The translations under genes were made by a program, and so were the position numbers. Under the pieces are notes generated by a model. The model made no database searches. It was not told where the DNA came from and saw nothing but the letters and a program-made list of their open reading frames with translations. Below are positions 11,716-21,519 of a stretch of 64,000 bases of DNA, piece after piece. The first letter of the stretch is position 1; the number at the start of each line of letters is the position of its first letter. Origin of the DNA: Minutocellus sp. GHC0000111 (lineage: Eukaryota); contig OZ361257.1 in the NCBI GenBank assembly GCA_977018835.1, forward strand, positions 2,604,001 through 2,668,000. The letters run 5' to 3'.

Positions 11716-14700
11716 TCAACCGGCAGCAACATTGCTCCTACCAATAATGTCAGAGGAGTCTTCAAAATTATATTTCTGACTACCGGATCGTGCCGCCTTG
11801 ATGTAAACCTGCATTTATTTCGAGAAAAAGACGAAGGGGAAGTAAGTAACGAAATACGCGCCAACACTGCATGGCAAAGTGAGCAAAGTATGGAAAACAT
11901 ACCTGAGCTTGACGGAGACGGCGATTGAGTTGGTCCCTTCTTTGTTGAAAGGCTACCCCTTCGACATCTATAGGGTTGTGGGAATCGACGTTGCTGCCGG
12001 AAAAGTCGAACCCACTCAAACTTAAAGCATCAATGCGGGAGATTCTGGAATCAGCCAAACATGCCAGGACCGAATTGTCCATACGGGGGTCGGCCTTTCG
12101 ACCCACGCCAGTGCGTCTGCGTTCTTTCATTATTCTTTCGTAGAGATCTCGGTCGTTCAGATGAGAGTAAATATCTCGGCAAGACTTGGGGTCATCAGGG
12201 CTTTCCATTCGTTTCATGATGCGTGACTTCTTACTCATAAGAATCGAACCCGGCTCATGACATGCAGGACCAGGCTGCTTCGAAGACGTCATAGAGGCCG
12301 CCGAAGCCTGCACTGACCTTTCCACTGTCGATGGGAATGGCAAAGCTTGTTGCGAGAGAAGTGAAGCGACAGCGGCGGCGGCAACACCAATGGCTGGAGC
12401 GGTGGCCATCGATGGCCCCAAATTCTTATTCTGTCTTGAGTTTTCGAGAGCCATTCGGCTCAACATCCAAGAGCTGGTGTTGAGGGCAACGCTGCCACCT
12501 ATGCCGAAATCCACTGGAATACGATCGCTTGGGATGCAATATCGGTTTAGGCTCGCAAGAAGCGCGAAGGGGGGGGGCTGATGCATTACAAGCCGCAATC
12601 GCAGACGTTTCTCCATAAATTTCTTTGACAGGGGCATGATTGAATTCACAACCACATTAGGATAGCAGTTATGAATGGCTCTAACTCGCGTAGGAAGGAT
12701 AGAAAGTATGGGCGAAAATAGAGTCGCAATCTTGAGTGTGTAGTGGCTCATGGAGTATCCCCTCAAATCAGCTAGGATCACGACACCATTCTTTCTGCTA
12801 TTGGCGTCCTCAATGACTGATTCAAATAGATACCACATAGCTCGCATCTCTTGCTCGAAGGAGTACTGAGAAAAGTCGCGCCGGCATGGAGTGTGGTAAA
12901 GGATGGTCCTTCCTGCCGTATCGGGGACGGGAACCATCTCCCATACGTGGCGACTGGACATGTGTAGTACCTCGTCCCTCATTGCGCCAGATAACGTCAT
13001 CGGTAGGAAAGCCTTGTCAGTTCCGAACAGCTGAACTCGGTGCGTCCAGTACCCCGACATAGTCTTTGCCGCAAGGCGTGCGTCGCCATTTTCGTGCTCA
13101 AGGAAAATGAGCTTGCGGTCATAGCTGACTTGATCAGGGCAAAGTTCGACTGCCCGATGATAGGCCGCTGTCTCGGTGGCGGGGAGATTGGACATTGCTT
13201 GGTTGAGGTTCGCCAAGGCGAGGGGTAAGACTATGGAAGCAAGGTTAAACGTTGGTACCGGAAGACCGTTGACATCAGATTGTATTCCGGCCAGCTCGGC
13301 AACGCTCAACGACGCCAGTTCTCTTTGCTCGTCTTCGATGGAATGAGTGGGTAAGTTCAATAGATCGCTGTTCAGAGAGGCTGCACCAGATGAAGCCAGA
13401 GAGACGAGGGCGGGGACAGGTACTGAAGATTGCGCCGTCGGGATCGCCATGTTTGGGTGTTGATTTGAGGCTGAGATAATACCCAGCAGCGCCTCCAACG
13501 TTGAAGGTCCAGTCATCACTTGGGCTTGTGCCAATGTGCCGGCCGGTGGCTGTTGTTGACAATTTTCTTGTGGAATGCCGTTATAATGAGTAGAGACCGC
13601 CAGAGAGGCGTCCTGTTTCCCTCTCTCGGCCTTGGTCTTCTTCGCTGGTCTTGCATTGGCAGCCGATGACGCACTCGCTCTTCTGCCGCCAGAGCTAGTG
13701 GTAGACGAGGAAGTCTTCTTTTTGGCCCTACCTTTGGATGTTGGGGGCAAAATAGTCAAGCCGAGGCGCTCTGCATCGTCCTTGAAGTAGATCCCACCCC
13801 CCTCCTCATCTTCAGCGGTCGACCCTGCCGCCACCGTTGCGTCGGCAGTTGCCTCTACAGCAACATCAACCAGCCCCACGTCCAGAGCCATTTTGATCCA
13901 GTATGCCTGGCTGGCCCTGGACGATACGTTCCGCTTCCCGCTTGTAAGTTGGGCAAACTCATCTCGGACGGTCTGCGGAATGTGCTGGCATGCAGAGAAG
14001 TGATATCCTGCGCGTGCGTTGTTGCATAACGAACGAATAGAAACGGGAAAATAAATGAGGCATATGTAAAAAACAAAACAAATGGATGGGATATGCATGT
14101 GTGTGTGCAATGGGATACATTTACGATCGATCGCACACTCCCATGTTCCGCCATGCAAACTCCAACCACACCAGCTAATGCACACTGCGTAGCTAGCTAG
14201 AGTAGTATAGAAGTAGTCGAAACAATTACATAGCTGCTTGTGAACTGAACTCACTCTGCCAATTTCGCACGGCCTGCATGTATCATAATAATGTTTTTCG
14301 TCATTGATTGTAGAAAAGGAAGTGGAACCAAAATGCACAATGTGGGCATGAGTGAAACGAGAACTGCTACATGTACTCTCTAGTATGCATTGGCCAATGT
14401 AAACGAAACGAAACGAAACCAAAGAAATACGACTACAACACGTAGCTAGCTAGCTAGAGTAGCACTACAGTGAATATTCATGATGTTATTGCGGGGATGG
14501 AAGAGGGAGAAACATGGGCAACAATCAGAGCGCACATAAAGCGCACATAAAGCCCCGTTGCTCACCTGATGAAGGATCCGAAGGGACGTAGGATGCGACG
14601 TGCTGCCCTTGGCCTGCTGCTGGGCCTTGACGTGGGCGACGACCGCACCGGCGTGCGCCTTCGTCCCAGCCTTGCAGTGGACGCAGCGGATCCCCACCCG

Positions 14701-14955
14701 GCCGGGGGTGATCTGCTGCGACATACCCCCGATGGCGGCCCTCTCGGCGACGTCGGCGGGGGTGGCGGAGAACAGCTCGAGCTGGGACCGCATGAGGCAC
14801 ACCAGAGGGGAGAGGTGCTCCTGGTCGGCCGGGGAGTAGAGGGGGATGGACCGGCCAAAGGTTGAGGAGGAGGAGGAGGCGGAGGCAGCAGCAGATGGCG
14901 CCGCGGCCGCCGCTGCTGCATTGGGCACAGACGGAGGAGGAGAAGGCGATGGCAT
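11716..14955 (-). CDS. 4-exon gene: Cys/His diatom-type domain + CRAL-TRIO-like domain + C-terminal QRxxQLxRR domain
   Basis: Exons 14955-14566, 14273-14255, 14007-11903 and 11808-11716 with GT-AG junctions that keep frame. Motifs VGIRCVHC, AVRNWQRYHFSAC, YWxxRVQLFGTDKAFLPMTL, DTAGRTIL, QQRRDQLNRRLRQ. Confidence 0.75.
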
Positions 14956-16158
14956 TGGCAGTTGGCTGGTTCTTTTACGTAGCAGTAGTTTATTCAGCAG
15001 GCAAGAAGTGTACAGAGGCAAACTCCAAGAGGAAGCAAGCTACCTGTACTCGTAGTAGCAGCAGCCCGAAAAAGTGAGATGGGGCCGCATGTTGCATGAG
15101 GCCGCACTTACTTTGCAAAACTTGTGTGAGCCACTTTTGTCCTTTCTTTTTTCGGAAAGAGCCGCATCCGCTTTAGGCTGTGTTTCAGATGTCATATGCA
15201 CGGCAGGCCTAGTGTCAGAAAGTAAGGTCAGCACCTACGTCCCTACTATTTTCTAGCTAAATTTGTAGGACGACTTTCCTGATAAATGCATGTAACGTCA
15301 TCGGCCTTTCGGGAGAACCTTGGAAGCGTTCGCGAGCGTTCGGCAAAGGATGTCTGTTGTTCTCCTTTCTCTTTCCGGGTGGGGTCCGTTTGCCTTTTTA
15401 GCTGTTTAAAATTCCGGATAAATTTTAAGGAAAAAAATCAATCAAATCTGTCAGGTTGCACTTTGTTCGTCGACGAGAAAATTTTGTCATGTGGCGCCAG
15501 CCGGCCGATCAAGTCTGTCAAAAAAACCCGGATGGCACACAGCAACCCTAAATCTAGCACCCCTGACAGCGTCAACGGACACAAGCAGCACAACTCTTCT
15601 CGCTTCCTCGTTCGCCCTTCGTCGGCCGGCCCTCTGGGCGCGATTTGACTCGACTTGGCTGTGGTTGAAGATCGATCGGTTGCGCAAGAAAGCTAATTTA
15701 TGGACTTTAGAGTCCTCGCCGCTAGCACCGGGGATGTAGACTAACGCAATAGAAATGCTACTTACGCAGTAATTTATGGACGGACAGGCCGCCGCCGGCG
15801 AAAAGCACGGCCGGCGCGATTTCTGACACATTCAGTTTTTTGCGCGGCTTCCACGTGACGTGGATGCATCAGACGCCTTGAAGCTACTGTGTGACAGATG
15901 TGATTATTACTCAATTTTTAATTGTTGGAGAGGCGGACCGGGAACATCAATCACGACCAAAAATTTACATCATTTAGGCCTGGTGTTAAAGTGCTGAGTA
16001 GAGCTGAACAGGCCCGGTGTTTCTTTTCATGTTGGCTCGATGCCGGGCCCTTAACAATTTTTTAGCTAGCTAGCTATGCTTGAAAAATTAGGGGTGGGTG
16101 TGGGAGGGGGGTAGTTGTTGACCTGAAACAGGTCATTAGGGTTAGTCATTTTGAAGCA

Positions 16159-16193
16159 CTACCACCAATTTTTGTGTGAAAAATTGGTGGTAG
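16159..16193. repeat. Perfect 15-bp inverted repeat (hairpin) with a 5-nt loop
   Basis: CTACCACCAATTTTT-gtgtg-AAAAATTGGTGGTAG. Confidence 0.9.
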
Positions 16194-19100
16194 CCTCCCG
16201 CGACGGCTCGTTCTCCTCGAGTGCTAATAACGACGGGAGCAGCCCCAATGCCAACGTCCACGTCAACATCAGCGTCAATGTCGACGGCAGCAGGAGCCGG
16301 ACCGGGGTGTCGGCCCGCTTCGCGTCGGCCCTCCTGAGCAAAGGCAGCGGCGCAGATGCTGCCACTAGTGCCACCTCCACCTCCGGTGCCAAACTATTGC
16401 AAGCGAGGGCGCAGGCCAAGAGCTGGATGGTGCAGGAGGTCCACAAGGACAAGGCGGGGGGCAGCGCGAGCATTAACAGCACTGGCAATGCCGGCGGAGG
16501 ACGGAGGAGGAAGAAGGCCGTGCCGCCTCCCCCGCCTCCTCCTCCGGGACCGCCGCCGCCTCCACGACGCCGTCAAGGCCGTCAAGAGCGGCAAGAGTGG
16601 TGGCAAAGGAAAGAAGAAGGCCGTCGTGCCGCCACCCCCGCCGGGTCCGCCTCCTGGCCCGCCTCCAGCTCGGGAGGCGGCCGCGGTCAACAAGTCGGCC
16701 AAGGGCAAGGGCACTGCCTCGGCACCTGCTTCGGTGACGGTGGGCAGTACTAATAAGAACGACGACAAGGTCGGCGGCGGCAGCAGAGGAGGAGGAGGAG
16801 GCGGTCTTGGGGGCATATTATTCCGACGGACCAAGGCGCAGCAGCAGAAGCAGCAGCCGCCCCCTCCTCCGCCCCCCCCGTCGACGGCTGTTGGTAGTAC
16901 TAGTAGTATGGCGGGCACCCCACGGAATGACGCCAGCGCCAATGCCAATGCCGTTGGGGAGGAGTTCACTCCCGGATCGGCCCGGACGGTCCAGACGGCC
17001 CCGTCGACGGGACGCTTCGCGAGCAGCCAGAGCCAAAGCGGCCGGAGCACCAGCGCCGGAAGGAGCGCGTATCGGAACCGAAGGGGCGCGGGTGGTGGCC
17101 GGGCGCTGGGTGGATTCCTTTCGCCCGACGGGTCGACGGCTGGTGCTGCTGCCCTGCCGACCATTGCCGACCACGGCAATGCCGGGTTCGTGTCGCCCCC
17201 CGCCGCTGCTACAGCTGGTGTGGGGACATGTACCAAGGAGGGCAGTGCCAATGCCGCCGTGGCCACGGCCAGGATGGCGGTGCCCCCGCCCCCACCTCCG
17301 CCGCCGCCGCAGGCTGGCACTGGCGCGACGGCCGCGACGGCCAAGGCAAACAGCAGCAGCAGCAGCAGCCGCCGCCTTCAACGGATCGCGAGCGCGGCAT
17401 CGTCGTCGGCAGCCTCCGTGGCCAGTCCCATTAGGGCCACCCGGTTGGGCTTTGCCTCTCCCCGTCCCGCCGGTACTCCTGCTCCTACTCCTGCTACTCG
17501 CGCTCCTGCCAGTGCTACTACCAGCGCCGAAGGAGCACCCCCCTCCTCGTCCTCGGCGGTGACGCCGCCCGTGGTCCGCAAGTACCGCAACGAAAAGGAG
17601 CGGATGGAGGAACGTCATCGGGCGATCCGGAGGAACCGGTCGGTGGTCCCCGAGACGGCCCCGGCCGCGCCGCCGGTGGCTGCTGGTACAGCTGGTATAG
17701 CAGCGCCGGACAGTGCTCGGAGTTCCGGCCGAAGGTCGTGGGGACAGAGCGTCCGCGACTATCACAACAGCGGTAGCAGTGCTGCCAAGGCCAGGTCGAG
17801 CGCTGCCAGAAAGGTTCGAAAGGATGCGTCCTCGCTGGCGGCGGCTGGTGTTGCAGGTGCTGCCGCTGCTGCTACGCCTACCACCATCGCCGAGGAGGCT
17901 GATAACAGCCCCAACGATGCCGTGGTGGAGCACGAGGACAAGGTCAGCGGTGCCGAGGACGGCGCCGATAGCAGTATGATGCGCAGCATCATGTCGGTCA
18001 ACGACGAGGGGGAGGTCGAGGTCAGCGTCAGCCAGTTCAGCCGCGTCTCGGCGTCCTCGTCGACCTCCGCGTCGACCTCGTCGCGGTGGGGCCGATCGGT
18101 CCGGGGAGGAGGTGCCGGATCATCCTCCCGTTGGGGAGGAGGAGGAGATGCCGACAGCCAAAAGACCAGAAGGGAACGGAGGGAGCCGGTCCCCACCGGG
18201 TCGTCGACCATCCCACCGCCGCCACCTCCGCCGCCGGTTCCGGCCCACCTGCTGTCTGCCGACCAGCACGTTGGCCGCATCGTTCTTCTGCAGAGCGTGG
18301 CACGTCGATGGCTGGTCCAGCGTCGCCTGGAGCGGGAGGCTGCCGTCGCAGCCATGTGCAACGAGACGGTCGATACCACCGACCTGCTCAACACGACGCC
18401 CGTCCCTGTCTTTGCCGAGAAGGAAGGTACCGCTATTCCCACGTCGCTTCTTGGCAAGTTTGGTTTCAACGATAGCAACGAGGTGGAGGACTCTCTTCTT
18501 CTCATGGGTGGAGTTGATTCGTCTGTCGATCACTCCGGTGACGTGGATGGTGGACTGACCGCCAGGAGGTTGGAACGCGAGCAGAGAGAGGCCGCTACGG
18601 TCATTCAGACTGCGCAAAGGTCCTCGTTGGAACGGAGGAAGTATGCTCAACTCCGTACGAAGCGAGAGGGAGCGGCCGCCACGATCCAGTCATCCGTCCG
18701 GGCAGCATCGGTCCGACGTGATTTCTGCAAAAATGTCCAGGCAGCTGTTCTCATTCAATCTTTGGCGAGAGGCGCGGTGAAGCGCCGGGAGATCGAACAG
18801 CAACACCAAGCAGCAACGACAATCCAAGCTCATGTACGTGGTATGGCTGGTCGGGAGGATATCATACGATACTGTACTCACATCGAACAAAGTGCGGCGG
18901 CTACCAAGATCCAGAACTCATACCGAGGTTCCAAGCAGCGCCAAAAGTTTGCGAAACAGGCAGGGGCCATCGTCGGAATTCAAGCCCTTGCCCGAGGTTG
19001 TCTGGATCGCAAGAGCCTTGCCAATCGGACGGAAAACAACATATCTACCAAGGAGGACCGTGCCGCGCGGATTGCCAAAGCAGAAGCCGAAGCAAAGAGG

Positions 19101-19958
19101 TTGAAATCAACAAGCCCTGTCGATGATGGCGATGTCGACCGAGCTATGCCAGTTCTATCCTCAACAAGTGTCGATTCTAATAGCGGCAGTGATGACAAAG
19201 AGGGCCTGGTGGGTTCCGATGCTAGCTGTAGTGATGCACCCTCCGTTGACATTGAGAGTGAAATCGCACAAGCATTCGACATTGGCCAAGAAGCCCTCAG
19301 AAGTGCCCCCGAGAAGGACGAAGTCGTCCCTACCCCGACAGCATCTGTGGCCAACAACGATCAAGATACCAAAGACGCAAAAGAAGAGATTGACGAAGCC
19401 AACATACTCAAAGCAAAGCATTTTCTCACCCATCCAAGCACCGTTAGTTTGCCAATGGAAGAAAAGAGAAAATATCTTCTATCGAAGGGGCTGAACGAAT
19501 CAGAGATCAAAGCATCGGTCGATGCTGTTGCCCAAGAATGGATACTGGAACAAGGTTTGCTCCACGATGACACGGGCACCAAGGTGACCCTGGAAACCTC
19601 GTTGATTGTCAAGAATGATGAGTTGAAGAAGCAGAAGGACTCATCTGATACCGGATCGAACGCTTCCACAAATACTGCTGACAAGTCTTCGTTGGACTTG
19701 CCCAGAGGTGATTCTGCCGACGATACCTTTGATTCCGAGACCAAAGCAAACAAATCGGGACTCAACACCTCGGTGCTTTCTCAAACACTGAACAAGTCCA
19801 TCGAAAGAATGAAGCAGGTCGACGTGAAGCTTCCGTCCTGCTGTTGCTTGCCTTCGCATTTGCCCAATCGTGTCGTTATCGGCCTACTGCTGTTCGTGAT
19901 TTTGCTTGCTGTCGGATTGTATCTTATCTACACATTTGCTGTTGGTAGCCTCATCTAA
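16194..19958 (+). CDS. Proline-rich, multi-IQ-motif, Pex14_N-like, tail-anchored protein (start uncertain; frameshift at ~16560)
   Basis: Two overlapping ORFs (16151 and 16356 frames) join at a polyPro tract. About 7 IQ-like motifs (e.g. IQSLARGAVKRR, IQAHVRGMAGR, IQNSYRGSKQR). AKHFLTHPS...EEKRKYLLSKGLNESEI resembles Pex14 N-terminal domains. C-terminal CCC plus TM helix. Confidence 0.75.
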
Positions 19959-20076
19959 TAGATGAAAGTATGACCGAAGGCCCCGGCGGCAAAAGATCGA
20001 AAGATGTTTGTCTGCATGTCTCATGCTCCTTGTATTACACGTTTCATAACAAATTGTCATAACACATTCTACTAAA

Positions 20077-21312
20077 TTATACATTCTTTGCATTCGATGC
20101 ATCCAGCATGAACTTTTTTATTGCAAGCCAATACTGTTTGCCACCTTGCAGCCATGTCTCATTGTGAGTTCCGCCTTTGACTTTATGGAATCGAGGCAGA
20201 CGGCTTGATTGCTTTGATTTTTGGAACAAATCATGCATTTGGGATCGAGGTACAATTTCATCACTGTCTCCACTAATATAAAGTACGGGAAGCTCCAATT
20301 TTCCAGCTAGAACAGTAGAATCCCATTTGTTTTTCAATAATAAGCCTTTGAGAGGTGAGAGGAAGGGAAACAAGAAGTCCACCATGTGCCCAATGGATTC
20401 AAAAGTGTTTTCAACAATTATACCGGCAAGAGGCCTGTTGTTGCGTTCTGCATATTCAGCTACATGGAAAGCAACAGCACCGCCAAGAGATCGTCCGAAT
20501 ATAAAAACTTTTGTAGGATCGACCTGCGGATGATTGATCACAAAATCAAGGACTGCTTCCGCATCAGTCTTGATGCCTTCCTCGCTTGGCTTGATGTGCT
20601 CTGGTTTGGACTCGCCATATCCACGGTATTCCACCAGTAAGACGTTTGAACCCAACTTGAACAGCTCGGCTGCATTCGGAATCCTCACCCCGATGTTGCC
20701 AGCGTTGCCGTGAAAGAAGATAATTGTGGGCAAATTTCGTTCTTTGGATTGAGGATGGAGCAAAAACCAAGAGTGCACCGCAACTCCGTCCACTGACTGA
20801 ATGTGATGGTTCTCAAACGGAATTCCAAACTCGCCAGGACTTCGATAACCTGGAGGATTCTGAGCATTATCTCTCCCAATCATATCAATAGTTGGAATGT
20901 ACAGCAAATCGCCCTGCTTGAAGTAGAGGAGGGCGAGGATCCCAACACCGATAGTACCAATACTTAATGCCGCCTTTTCAAAGAAGGGCAGTACGTTCCC
21001 AAGTAAGATTGCCGGCGACGTGCTGCTTTTCAGCATTAGGTTTCTGCCTTTGTTTGCTTCGCCATCGTCGTCAACATCAGTAGATCCTGCTTTTGAGGGT
21101 GCTCGATGATGTATCCGACGGGTCGAAAGCTGCGATGTCAGCCTAACGGAAGAAGGCAAAAAGATCTTTCTACAGCGCGAAGTCGAAAGATTGTAGCCGA
21201 CTGGCACGCCTGTTATCCTACCGGTACGAATGGCACGCATGGCAATTGGAAGGGGAGAAAATCGAGCCGTAGAGAGCATCACGAAAGGGAGGAAAGGGAG
21301 AAAGAGGAACAT
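20077..21312 (-). CDS. ABHD13/Bem46-like alpha/beta hydrolase (start uncertain)
   Basis: LYFKQGDLLY, FFHGNAGNIG, EYRGYGES, nucleophile FGRSLGGAVA, ENTF, SGDSDEIVP and GGTHNETW motifs. Confidence 0.9.
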   Translation of the reverse strand: MFLFLPFLPFVMLSTARFSPLPIAMRAIRTGRITGVPVGYNLSTSRCRKIFLPSSVRLTSQLSTRRIHHRAPSKAGSTDVDDDGEANKGRNLMLKSSTSPAILLGNVLPFFEKAALSIGTIGVGILALLYFKQGDLLYIPTIDMIGRDNAQNPPGYRSPGEFGIPFENHHIQSVDGVAVHSWFLLHPQSKERNLPTIIFFHGNAGNIGVRIPNAAELFKLGSNVLLVEYRGYGESKPEHIKPSEEGIKTDAEAVLDFVINHPQVDPTKVFIFGRSLGGAVAFHVAEYAERNNRPLAGIIVENTFESIGHMVDFLFPFLSPLKGLLLKNKWDSTVLAGKLELPVLYISGDSDEIVPRSQMHDLFQKSKQSSRLPRFHKVKGGTHNETWLQGGKQYWLAIKKFMLDASNAKNV

Positions 21313-21519
21313 CTCAGTATTACTAGTACCTTCTTCCGAGGGATTGATGGTTCGGATCCGCCAGCCATGCCTTGCATCGCTCGGCCGTGACGTCTCAGCA
21401 GAAGGTTTTCGACTCGTTCGACTCAACTCACACGGAGGCGGCCGGGGGGGCAGAGCGGGGACCCACCAAATGTGCTCTTTACTTCGCTACGTACATGTAG
21501 TAGTAGGCCTACCTAAGTA

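Noticed and set aside
14008..14422. N-terminal ~138 aa of the 880-aa ORF (11780-14422)
   Set aside because: Intronic read-through. GT-AG splicing via the microexon gives the coherent domain.
16089..16145. TTAGGG-like words suggesting telomeric repeats
   Set aside because: Only isolated copies, not an array.
19395..19525. Calling the gene PEX14
   Set aside because: The domain sits near the C-terminus of a >1200-aa IQ protein, an architecture unlike PEX14.
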